The position numbers and the translations under genes were made by a program. 64,000 bases of DNA. Origin: an uncultured Gammaproteobacteria bacterium (GTDB taxonomy: Bacteria > Patescibacteriota > Patescibacteriia > 2-01-FULL-39-33). Under the pieces are notes generated by a model. That model made no database searches. It saw nothing but the letters and a program-made list of their open reading frames with translations, and was not told where the DNA came from. Positions 53,981 through 63,700 of this stretch are shown piece after piece. The stretch covers positions 3,709 through 67,708 of the forward strand of contig CAZNIV010000001.1 in assembly GCA_964573235.1 (NCBI GenBank), in the 5' to 3' direction. Within the stretch, counting starts at the first letter, position 1. Each line of letters begins with the position of its first letter.

Positions 53981-56900
53981 TTACTCCTTAGCATAATCCC
54001 CTTCAAACGAATTTTGAACCGTAATTATTTTAGTGGCATATTTTGTACCAAAAAGGGCTTTAGCCTCGTTGGCGTCAACTAATTTTAATTTTCCCATAGA
54101 AACAACTTTATACATTCTTGGGCTATTACTAAATTTAATTAAATTAGCACCTGGCTTAGCTGTTACATTGTCAGCAATTTCAATATTATCAAATTCACTT
54201 TGAGAAATTACTTTTAACTTATTATTAGCAGTAAGTTTTGACCAAGAAGCCGATTCCCAAGTTCTAAAAGTTACCAAGTTAGGGTAAAGATGCTTTTTTA
54301 AATCAGCATCGATGTAATAAATAGCACTGCTATCGGTAGTCTTAATGTAATCACGAAAAACCGGGGTATAAACGGTAATACTACCATCGGCATTAATAAT
54401 AGATGAATCAATATCATCTACAACGCCTTGAGTGGTGGTGGCATTATCAATATTTTCTTGATCTTTTAGAGTAATTGTCTTACTTAATACCAAAGAAGCA
54501 ATACCACTAGTGGAATAATATTTTAAATAAATTGTATATTGACCATTAATTTGAGGTAAGGCGAAAGAAATCTTTGACTTATGCGGCAAAACGCTAACAT
54601 TAGTAAAATTACTATTTAACGAAATAGCATAGCCACTAACAGTTGCTGGATCACCATTCATGGTAATATCTAATACTGAAGAATTGGTTGAGGTGGCCCC
54701 ATTATTAACCAACAAAGATAATGGCACCCCGTAAAGACCAGTTGGGGTAACGGAAGCTGAGCCACCTCCACCACCTCCGCCTCCGCCGCCAGTATCACTA
54801 GTAATATTCATCAATCCACAATTCAAATGCATCGATAAAGAACCGGAAGTTACTGTTACACTCGCCGTCTTAGCTCCAGAAGATGAATAATCTTTATTTA
54901 TCGTAGCTACTGTTCCCGCTAAGCCGTCGGTACCTGTCCAAAAATAAGTAAAAATACCATTTCCTCCAGAAGCTTGAACTGACCAATTTACTCTAGTTCC
55001 CGTAATTGCAGAAGTGGTATTAGGACTACAAGAAGCAGTGACATTGGGAGTAATTACTGTGATACCAGGAATCTTATATCTAGAAATAGTTCCTTTAAGG
55101 AAATAATAAATATAAACATCACTTATATCAAAGCCACCGTTAATTGTGCCTTCGCCAATAACCTTAATAGAATAACTATTATTTCTTGGATCTATCGCAA
55201 ACACACCATTACTTGCCAATCCCCAAATTCTACCGTCTGGACCAACTTTCAAAGCACTATCGGGTGCACCCCTTAATACAGGGATATTATTCAAAAAAGT
55301 TATTTCATGAGTAGCTGGATCAAATTGGAATATTTTTGTATAAAAACCACCCATTTCAACAGCGGTTCCGTAAACCTTTCCATCTGGCGTAGTAACTAAA
55401 CTTTTAATTTCTGAAGTATTACTAAGTTCAGATGATGTATAGGATATGGCTTTAGCAATTGGATCCCAAATAAATATTTTAGCGGAAGTGTTTGGAGTAG
55501 CAGTAGACCCTTCACCACCCCTAATACTAGTGCCTCCGATAATCTTTCCATTCCAATTAGTTAGTGAAATCACCGCTTGATTAGAAATTATGTTTTCGTA
55601 AACAGTAATCTCCTTAGTGTCTGGGTTCCATACAGAAAAGGTCCCTCCCAGTTTACCATAACCACCAACAGCACCAATATATACTAAGCCATCATCACCA
55701 TAAACCATGCCTCTCGGCCTCCAAGCAATGGGAATATTTGTACCCTGATCAGACTTAAGGCCCGGCGCCGGATTTAATAAAGGCGAAGATAAATTTGTAT
55801 TTACCGCCTTACTTGTATCAAATATCAATAAACGCCCGCCGAAATAACTAGCCCCCAATAATGAAGATTCCCCGTAAAGTAGATATGAATATATTTGACC
55901 AAAATTAGAATTGCCAACTTCTATAATCTGTTTAGTATCGGGATCTACCTTGAAAAAAAACCCAGAAACATATGTGCCAGAATACAATTTTTTATCTTGC
56001 CCCACTATCAACCTCTGTAACATAACCTCTTTTGTAGGCCTTTCTTTTTCAAAACTAACTGAAATAACTTTATTCTCGACTGTACTATAATATCCAATCT
56101 CAGATTTTATATTGTCTATCCCCAAATATTTTCCATTATAAATTCTACCAGCAGAACTGGTTTTAAAATCTGCAAAAGCTATTTCAGTGGCTACACCATC
56201 TTTCAAGCTAAAATATTTTTTTGTTGCACTCCCATTAGTAAGTATTTCTATTTGAGCAGCCACCCCACCATCAGAGGTTATTCCTCCATCTTTAGAAGTC
56301 TGATAAACACGACCAAATTGTTCATTCACGGTTGCGGGATAATCAAGAATTGTTCTATAAGTACCATCAGCAATTTTATATGCCACTACTTTTTGTCTAG
56401 TTGAACCTACGCCAGCATAAACATATCCATCTTTTCCGGCCGCGATAAAATGAACATAACTCTCGGTCGGCTCAATTCTACCAATATCAGTAATTTTTGA
56501 AGTTACTGGATCGTAACTAAAAAGCTTGGCATTAGGATAACTGCCACCATACAATTTTCCATCGCTACCCCAAGCTAACCCATATATCCAGGTTGTCGTA
56601 GCTGTATCTACCGCTCCGAGATCATCAATCGTTTCTTTATTTGCATCTAAATTTGTATTTATTCTAAGTAAATGACCGGTTGGATATCCACCCAAATATA
56701 TATTATTATCTGGCCCGATTATCATTCCATTATCTCCCTGATCAGTAAAAGCTTCTGATTGAAAATGTTTTTCTATTTTACCGGTAATATTATTAACCCT
56801 AATAACCGATGTTTTATTATGCGCATAGCCTATACTAATATAGGTACTATCATTTAAAACGACGTAATTTAAAACCAGGCCATTACCTGTATATGTCGCA

Positions 56901-57622
56901 ATTTTTTCTACCGTGCCCTCTGCGGCGTCTGGTAAGCTACCATCTTCATTATTATAACAAATACCATTACTACTAATTACATCAATGGCACTATCACAAC
57001 ACTTAGGAGTACAACCCACACTACTACATTGAGTAATATAATATTCACCAGAATCATCGCCACAACAACCCGACTGACCAAGGCTAGTATATTCACCAAA
57101 GGCCATATTTTCTCCGCTCAAAACACCACCACCTTCTTTTCCACAAACAGCAGGCGAACTACAATAAGCACTTGACCAACGATCGCAATCCAGCCAAGTT
57201 CCACCGGTACCACCACCATACTGCCAACAGAAAGCCTTGTTATCATTTCCTCCAGGATTCAAATCAGAATACATTCCTAATTTATTGACATTATTCCCTG
57301 AAGCAAAACATTTTCCATTTTTATCTACGCAATCACTTGAATTAGAACAACAAGACTGAACCGTACCATTAGCCCACTCTACCCCCGGAATATAACTTAC
57401 AGCTATTGATGATTTTAAAAATGGGTTAGAGCTATTTGCCTCACACACGGACTGGGCATAGGCAGGATATCCTTTTATTACTTCGGATATTAACTGGCGA
57501 GGTGCTTGAAATTTAAAGAAAAGGCCACTGGCAATAATTAAAATACTAAAAAATAAAACGCCACTTAAAATAAATTTTCTACTTATCTTGTAAGTTATTT
57601 CTTTAAATTTTGAGTAAAGCAT
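53981..57622 (-). CDS. Giant (1213 aa) membrane-anchored surface protein: Cys-rich region, beta-propeller-like repeats, PKD-like domain, poly-Gly tract, C-terminal shared module
   Basis: N-terminal TM segment; multiple CC/CxC clusters; repeated YxxG/LYSG propeller-like motifs; GTRVNWSVQASGGNGIFTYFW (PKD-like); G11 tract; C-terminal SAIYYID...AKALFGTKYATKIITVQNSFE. Confidence 0.7.
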   Translation of the reverse strand: MLYSKFKEITYKISRKFILSGVLFFSILIIASGLFFKFQAPRQLISEVIKGYPAYAQSVCEANSSNPFLKSSIAVSYIPGVEWANGTVQSCCSNSSDCVDKNGKCFASGNNVNKLGMYSDLNPGGNDNKAFCWQYGGGTGGTWLDCDRWSSAYCSSPAVCGKEGGGVLSGENMAFGEYTSLGQSGCCGDDSGEYYITQCSSVGCTPKCCDSAIDVISSNGICYNNEDGSLPDAAEGTVEKIATYTGNGLVLNYVVLNDSTYISIGYAHNKTSVIRVNNITGKIEKHFQSEAFTDQGDNGMIIGPDNNIYLGGYPTGHLLRINTNLDANKETIDDLGAVDTATTTWIYGLAWGSDGKLYGGSYPNAKLFSYDPVTSKITDIGRIEPTESYVHFIAAGKDGYVYAGVGSTRQKVVAYKIADGTYRTILDYPATVNEQFGRVYQTSKDGGITSDGGVAAQIEILTNGSATKKYFSLKDGVATEIAFADFKTSSAGRIYNGKYLGIDNIKSEIGYYSTVENKVISVSFEKERPTKEVMLQRLIVGQDKKLYSGTYVSGFFFKVDPDTKQIIEVGNSNFGQIYSYLLYGESSLLGASYFGGRLLIFDTSKAVNTNLSSPLLNPAPGLKSDQGTNIPIAWRPRGMVYGDDGLVYIGAVGGYGKLGGTFSVWNPDTKEITVYENIISNQAVISLTNWNGKIIGGTSIRGGEGSTATPNTSAKIFIWDPIAKAISYTSSELSNTSEIKSLVTTPDGKVYGTAVEMGGFYTKIFQFDPATHEITFLNNIPVLRGAPDSALKVGPDGRIWGLASNGVFAIDPRNNSYSIKVIGEGTINGGFDISDVYIYYFLKGTISRYKIPGITVITPNVTASCSPNTTSAITGTRVNWSVQASGGNGIFTYFWTGTDGLAGTVATINKDYSSSGAKTASVTVTSGSLSMHLNCGLMNITSDTGGGGGGGGGGSASVTPTGLYGVPLSLLVNNGATSTNSSVLDITMNGDPATVSGYAISLNSNFTNVSVLPHKSKISFALPQINGQYTIYLKYYSTSGIASLVLSKTITLKDQENIDNATTTQGVVDDIDSSIINADGSITVYTPVFRDYIKTTDSSAIYYIDADLKKHLYPNLVTFRTWESASWSKLTANNKLKVISQSEFDNIEIADNVTAKPGANLIKFSNSPRMYKVVSMGKLKLVDANEAKALFGTKYATKIITVQNSFEGDYAKE
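54761..54790 (-). repeat. GC-rich (GGN)10-11 triplet tract encoding poly-Gly (G11) in the 1213-aa protein
   Basis: ccacctccaccacctccgcctccgccgcca on the + strand, inside an AT-rich gene. Confidence 0.8.
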
Positions 57623-57658
57623 GAAATTAATTGGTTTTTATAAAAACTATGTTTATAT

Positions 57659-57687
57659 ATTTTACCATATTTTTGTGATTATGATAA
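57659..57687 (-). promoter_or_regulatory. Candidate promoter for the 1213-aa surface protein gene
   Basis: On the minus strand: TTATCA, 17-nt spacer, TAAAAT, about 37 nt upstream of the ATG at 57622 and downstream of the terminator at 57741..57770. Confidence 0.35.
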
Positions 57688-57740
57688 TAATTTACTTATA
57701 ATTATCGCCTTGTTTTATTGATTATTTTATTTTCTTTTTT

Positions 57741-57770
57741 TGTTTAAATAAAAAACCCCGATTAACGGGG
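57741..57770 (-). terminator. Intrinsic terminator for the 77-aa membrane protein gene
   Basis: CCCCG-attaa-CGGGG hairpin; on the minus strand it is followed by TTTTTTATTTAAAC. Confidence 0.65.
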
Positions 57771-57786
57771 TGTAATTAATGGGGCG

Positions 57787-58020
57787 TTACGCTTTTTTCT
57801 GATACCGCCCATGGCGACACAGATGAAAAAGGTATATATATACCAAGAAGGCCAATATACAGCCTATGTATATTAAGTAAAACATCGAATAGAAGAAACA
57901 GGCCGTAACATGAATGGCGATTATAGACGCAATTACAACTACAAAGGTTACTAAATGCATGGGGTGTTGTTTCCTTATTTCTTTGTTAATACTTATTAAA
58001 GAGCTAGTATTATTTAACAT
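57787..58020 (-). CDS. Small (77 aa) two-TM membrane protein with its own terminator
   Basis: Hydrophobic ORF; a perfect hairpin CCCCGattaaCGGGG plus a T-run on the minus strand lies 17 nt downstream of the stop. Confidence 0.45.
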   Translation of the reverse strand: MLNNTSSLISINKEIRKQHPMHLVTFVVVIASIIAIHVTACFFYSMFYLIYIGCILAFLVYIYLFHLCRHGRYQKKA

Positions 58021-58080
58021 TTTTTGTTATTTATGTCAATGTAATTAGGTGATTTTTCATAAATTAGTTATAATTACCCC

Positions 58081-58752
58081 ATGAAACTCAATCCTAAATC
58101 AAAATATTTGCAGATTGCTTTTAATAGCCCGATTGATGAAGTTAAGGCTATGCTTGATTTACTCCCCGCTTCCGATAAAATCATTATTGAAGCAGGAACG
58201 CCCTTTATTAAGCAATATGGTAATTTTGGCATAACCGCCATTAATACTTGGTGGCGAGAAAAATTAGGCAAAAAAGGCTACATTGTTGCCGATTTAAAAT
58301 GCATGGATAGAGGTTCAACCGAAGTGGCTACCGCCGCCCAAGCTGGCGCTTCTGCCGTTACCTGTTTAGGCTTGGCGCCAATTGAAACTATCAACGAATT
58401 TATCAAAAAATGCCAAGAGCTAAAAGTTGATTCCATGATCGACATGATGAATGTAGAATTTCCTTTTGAAATATTGCAAAAATTAACCAAATTACCAAAT
58501 ATTGTTGTTTTACATCGTGGCGTTGATGAAAACACCCATAACCGAGAAAAACAACTTCCCCACCACTTAATAAACCGCATTAAGGGCGCCTATGGTAAAG
58601 TTTTAATTTCTATTGCGGGTGGCGAAACAACTAAAGATATAACTAGAACTTTTTTTAATAATGCCGATATTGCTGTGGTGTGGCGACCTTTTTATGAAAC
58701 CCCAGAAAAAACTACGCTATTAGCCGAAGATTTTTTGAAGTTGCTAAAATAA
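58081..58752 (+). CDS. 3-hexulose-6-phosphate synthase / 3-keto-L-gulonate-6-P decarboxylase-like protein (OMPDC suprafamily), paralog 1
   Basis: LQIAFNSP (beta-1), IIEAGTPFIK, DLKCMD (DxKxxD), LHRGVDE and IAGG align with HPS/KGPDC (LQVAIDL, IIELGTPLIK, DMKTMD, HAGLDE, VAGG). The beta-1 Asp is Asn. Confidence 0.75.
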   Translation: MKLNPKSKYLQIAFNSPIDEVKAMLDLLPASDKIIIEAGTPFIKQYGNFGITAINTWWREKLGKKGYIVADLKCMDRGSTEVATAAQAGASAVTCLGLAPIETINEFIKKCQELKVDSMIDMMNVEFPFEILQKLTKLPNIVVLHRGVDENTHNREKQLPHHLINRIKGAYGKVLISIAGGETTKDITRTFFNNADIAVVWRPFYETPEKTTLLAEDFLKLLK

Positions 58753-58754
58753 TT

Positions 58755-59831
58755 ATGAATCTAGAAAAACAAAAAAAATCAAACGAGAAAAATTTTCAGC
58801 AAATGATTTCGTCGCTTTTTCCCTTCGTATTTGTTGCTGTGTTTATGGCTTTTAAATTTAATATCATACTTGGTTTTATTATTTTATTTTTTATTATTAT
58901 ACTAATCAAAGGCAAAAAGGCTTTTATTCCTGCCATCAAAGAAATTATCCGACAAGCAAATGAGGAGCAAAAAAGAGCCCAGACTAATTATCAAAATAAT
59001 AAAACAAGCTCAAAAAATATTCGCGGTACTTTTTCTATCGATTCCGAGATTGACGAAATAAACCCACCAACTACATCACTCAATAATCAAAATCCCGAAA
59101 CCAAAAGTGAATCAGAAACCCCCGGAATTTCGATAATCCCCTTTACTGCCTTGTCTTTCATGCCATCGGTCGCACCTAGGCTAGAAAAACGAAAAAGATA
59201 TTTGCAAATTGCCCTTAACGGCAAAATGAGCGAAGCAGAATCTATTGCCAGAAATTTGCCAACCTCTGATCGTATTATTGTAGAAGTAGGTACGCCACTT
59301 CTCAAGGCTCGCGGAATTAATGCTATTGAACGCCTTCGCGCCATTATTGGCGAAAATACTTACATTGTGGCCGATAATAAATGTGCTGACTTAGCCGATC
59401 GCGAAGTGGCTATGATGGCTAAAGCGGGCGCTAATGGCGCCACCTGCCTAGGTGTAGCCCCAATTGAAACCATTAACAGTTTTATCGCCGAATGCCAAAA
59501 GCAAAATATCGACGCTATGATTGACATGATGAACGTAGAAAATCCACTCATGGTTTTACAAAAGTTAAAAACCATGCCTAAGGTGGTAATTGTTCATCGA
59601 GGCGTTGATGAAAGCGAAATTTCTAAAGAAAAACAAATCCCCTACTACCAAATCAAACAAATCAAAGGCAATTATAATATTATGGTAGCGGTAGCCGGTG
59701 GCGATACTATCAAAGAAGCGCAAAGCGCTTTATTTAACGATGCCGACATTGTAATTACTTGGAAAGATTTTTATCAGTCTAATCAAAAAACGGCCCAGTT
59801 GGCTGAGTCGTTTTTGAGTGAAGTTAAATAA
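58755..59831 (+). CDS. HPS/KGPDC-like protein, paralog 2, with N-terminal TM anchor and low-complexity linker
   Basis: The C-terminal ~215 aa are collinear with paralog 1 (LQIALNGK, IVEVGTPLLK, DNKCAD, VHRGVDE, VAGG). The N-terminal 140 aa comprise a TM helix plus an N/S/T/E-rich linker. Confidence 0.7.
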   Translation: MNLEKQKKSNEKNFQQMISSLFPFVFVAVFMAFKFNIILGFIILFFIIILIKGKKAFIPAIKEIIRQANEEQKRAQTNYQNNKTSSKNIRGTFSIDSEIDEINPPTTSLNNQNPETKSESETPGISIIPFTALSFMPSVAPRLEKRKRYLQIALNGKMSEAESIARNLPTSDRIIVEVGTPLLKARGINAIERLRAIIGENTYIVADNKCADLADREVAMMAKAGANGATCLGVAPIETINSFIAECQKQNIDAMIDMMNVENPLMVLQKLKTMPKVVIVHRGVDESEISKEKQIPYYQIKQIKGNYNIMVAVAGGDTIKEAQSALFNDADIVITWKDFYQSNQKTAQLAESFLSEVK

Positions 59832-59834
59832 ATT

Positions 59835-60647
59835 TTATTTTCCCTTAATCGTTTGGGCAATCGCCTGAAAACCACTCATTATTTCAACTGGCAAAGCAAA
59901 TATAACCGTCTTCGATGGATCTGGGTTAATCTTTTCAATCGTCTGTAAAGTTCTCATAGATAAACCACCCGGAGTAGAACTAAGCGCCTTAGCCGCCTGC
60001 GCTAAGCGTTCAGAAGCCTGATACTCACCTTCGGCCCTAATAATAATGGCGCGTCTTTCTCTTTCGGCTTCGGCTTGTTTAGCCATAACGCGTTTCATAT
60101 CGGCTGGCAATTCAATATCTTGAATTTTAATATCGGTTACTAAAATACCCCAAGACTGAGTAGCTAAGCTAACAATTTTTTGCACTTCCTCGGCAATCTT
60201 TTCTCTTTCCGATAAAAGCGGATCTAACTCGATAGCGCCAATCACATCACGAAGCGCCGCTTGAGCGTATTGCGAAACGGCCAAAGTATAATTTTTAATA
60301 TTCAACATAGCATCTTCAGCGCTTTGCACCTGAAAATATACCACAGCATTAATACCCACTGGCACATTATCTTTAGTAATAACTTCTTGCTGTGGAATAT
60401 CGGTGGTAGTAATACGCAAATCTACTTTCATCATCTTTTGAAAACCAACCAGAATCCAAGTTAAACCGGGATTACGCGTGCCGGTATATTTACCTAAAGT
60501 TAATACCACTCCCCGTTCATATTGATTAATTACTCTTAAACCTGGGATAACCACAAACACCACCAAAAACGCAATCACGGCTAGAACAATTGCCGGAAGA
60601 AATGAGATTAATTCTAGTTCCATAAAATTATTTTTTATATTTGGCAA
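59835..60647 (-). CDS. SPFH/band-7 (stomatin/prohibitin-like) membrane protein
   Basis: N-terminal TM segment; an SPFH core (VDLRITTTDIPQQEVITKDNV...) and a C-terminal coiled coil. Confidence 0.85.
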   Translation of the reverse strand: MPNIKNNFMELELISFLPAIVLAVIAFLVVFVVIPGLRVINQYERGVVLTLGKYTGTRNPGLTWILVGFQKMMKVDLRITTTDIPQQEVITKDNVPVGINAVVYFQVQSAEDAMLNIKNYTLAVSQYAQAALRDVIGAIELDPLLSEREKIAEEVQKIVSLATQSWGILVTDIKIQDIELPADMKRVMAKQAEAERERRAIIIRAEGEYQASERLAQAAKALSSTPGGLSMRTLQTIEKINPDPSKTVIFALPVEIMSGFQAIAQTIKGK

Positions 60648-60705
60648 TTTAGATCAATTGCCGATTTTATTAAGTTATTTTTATTATAACATAGCCAACA
60701 AAATC

Positions 60706-60748
60706 AGTAAAACACAAAAACTCCCACTCTTGCGAGCGGGAGTTTTGT
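60706..60748. terminator. Bidirectional intrinsic terminator downstream of the 1058-aa surface protein gene
   Basis: 11-bp stem AACTCCCACTC/GAGCGGGAGTT (one mismatch) with loop TTGC; flanked by A5 upstream and T-runs on both strands. Confidence 0.7.
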
Positions 60749-60790
60749 ATCAAACAGCTAAGCTATTTGAAGTTTTTAATCTAAATTAGA

Positions 60791-63700
60791 TTAATTCTTC
60801 AAAGTTACAGTAGCAGTAGATGGGTTACCGACAACTTTCAAACCAGTGATAACTTCAGTTTGAGTGCCGTTACCATTAGCATCATCACCATAGACAGCTT
60901 CGTCGATGGAGTAAGTGATGTCACCAATATTGCTATTAGCAGACAAAGTTACAGCATCAGTTGAGCTAGCTGCAGTAGCGTTCTTTACAGTTAAATATCT
61001 GTAAGAACCGCCCTGGATAGATGAACTAAAGTTGGTACCGAAATCAACAGAAGAAGAAGTGGTAGAAATATCAGTATTAAAGCTGGACTGACCATCGCCA
61101 GAAACAGCCAAACCGAAAGTAGCTACATTAGAACCACCGTCTTTGACGAATTTAACTCCAGTCAAAGTGATAGCTTTTGTACCAGTATTGGTGATCTTGA
61201 AGATACCCAAAGTGTTACCAGCAGCTTGAGACAATTGAGTAGCAGTTGTAGGAGAAACTGCATCAACAGTAACGATAGCTGGAGCAATGTAAGTATAACC
61301 AGTGCCAATAGCGGAACCTGCAACAGTAGAAGCAGCGTTACCAGAAGTTGCACCAACTGCAATAATATCAGCAGTAGAAGAAGCAATTCTGAAAGCGAAA
61401 TCATGGCCTAATTGAGCAATACCCTTAGCGCCGATATCAGCCTTTACGTATAAAGTGATAGCAGTAGCATCGGTAGTACCGATGGTAGAAGCTAACAAGT
61501 TATCAGTAGAAGTGAAGGTAACGGAACAAACGTTAGAAGAACAAGAATCCATCTGGTTAGCAGTCAAAATAGGCTGACTAGCAGAACCAACGTAAACTCT
61601 AATGTTTCTAATATCGTTCATAACCAAGGCAGTACCAGTAGCGGTTAACTTCAAAGTTCTTAACTTCAAAGCTTCGTTTCTAGCAGTCATGGTTAAGGCA
61701 AAGTAAGTACCATCATTTGTGCCAACAGTTTTAACCTGAGCATTAGATGGAGTAGCAGTAGAACCAGTAACTAAAGCGATGTTCAAACTACCAGAAGTAG
61801 TCAAAGCAATTGCCTGACCAGATCCAGCCTTTGTAGCATCAACAGTGTTGCCAGTATCCTGACCAACAGCAGAAACGCCGTATGCAGAGAAAGTATGTGT
61901 AGCGGTTGAAGTAGAACCAGTGATATCACCGATCAACTTAACTACTACATTAGTATTCTTAGCTACAACAATCGGAGTCTTGAAGTTATAAGTTGTAGAA
62001 GCGGCATTGTTTGAAGTGCTGTTAGAGGTTTCTACGGTTACGCCGTTGATTTGCATTCTCAAGTTAGAAACCTGAGTTGCTACACCAGCGCCACCCATTA
62101 AATCATTCATAACAATGGAAGAAACTTTTACAGCTTCACCAGAGTTATTAGCGTTTAATTCAATATTAGCCAACTCATGATCGTTCACATTAACAGTAGT
62201 GTGAGCAACTGGAGTAGATAATGTTGTTACTTTTAATACACCAATTTGAACATTGATAGTATTAGCAGTAATTGCAGAAACAGTAGGATCGATAATATCG
62301 TTGGTTAACAATCTCTTTACGCTAGTAACATCAAAAGTAGCAACAAAGCTATTTGAAGAAGTAGCAGTAGAAGCGACGTTAGCTTCTACAGTAACAACTG
62401 CAGTCTGACCAGCGGTCAAAGTGTAGTAGGACTGTAAAGTAACTTCATGATTACCAGCGGTTGGAGTTTCACTGTAGACAGAAGAACCATTTACTTTTAC
62501 ATAAACAGAACCAGTCAAACCAGTAACCTGATTCAAACCAAGGGAAATCTTTCTTAATTCCATGTTTTCACCTGAAGCTTTGACATCATATTTAGCCAAA
62601 ACTACATTAGAAGTACCTGGAGTAACAGCTGCATTTGGAGAATCAGAAGACTTAGCTAAGGTCATAGTACCCTTGCCAATAGTCACCTTATTCACGCCAG
62701 TACCCATTGGGAAACCGGAAGCAGTGTCGATCAAAGAAGCGCCAGTATCGTTGCCAGTAACTACGATATCATAATTGTTATAAACAACTAAGTCGATAGT
62801 TCTGTCAGTAGTACCAACTACTTTCAATCTGACAGTCAAATCCTTGTTCATACCCTTATCGATAGCGTAAGGAGTAGCCAAGTTAAAGGTAACATAATTA
62901 CCCTTTGGCTGAGCAGTTGCCAAAACAGCGCCAGTTGAATCAACTAATTCAACATCTTTATAGTCAGTATCAGCAGCATTACCATTGTTATACAAAGTAA
63001 CGCTAGATACTTTAACTTTTTCAGCAGAACCAGTTAAGATGTTAATCTTAGTGATGTCTTGAGCGCTAGTAGCATCAATGTTCATAGTAGCAGTAGCACC
63101 AACTACATACTTCATAGAAGCGGTTACTGTACCAACAGTGTTGTTAGAGTTGATCAAAGACATAGAATTGCCCCAAATTGGGAAAGAACCACCAATAGTT
63201 GCATTGGAAGTAATTGCTGCAACGGAAGCAATACCAAACTGGACAGTGCCAGAAATAGCAGCAGAACCAGTGTTGATTCTAACGGTCAAAGTTACAGTGC
63301 TATTAGCAGGAACTTTAACAGCGTCAGTGTTGCCAAACAATAATACAACTTCATTATCAGCATTGATAGAAGAAGCCATATTACCATGTCTAACACCAGC
63401 GTTATCAATAATATCAATGCCAGTAACGGTATTGGTATTAGAAACGAAACCAGCTTTCTTTAATGTCAAAGCAGTTACTGTGACATCAGCATTGCCAGCG
63501 GTTAAATTTACTTTCAATACTGGATTGAAAGCGGTACCGGAAGCGATGTTAGTAGAAGCTGGAGTAGCAGCAGCCAAAGCGACTGTTAAACCACCAACAA
63601 CTGGAGTAGTAGAACCACCTGCAGTAGCGGTAGCAACTGGGTTAGCAATTGCAGCTACTTCAGCGGTAATAGAAGCGCCAGTAGTGTAAGTCATAGTAGA

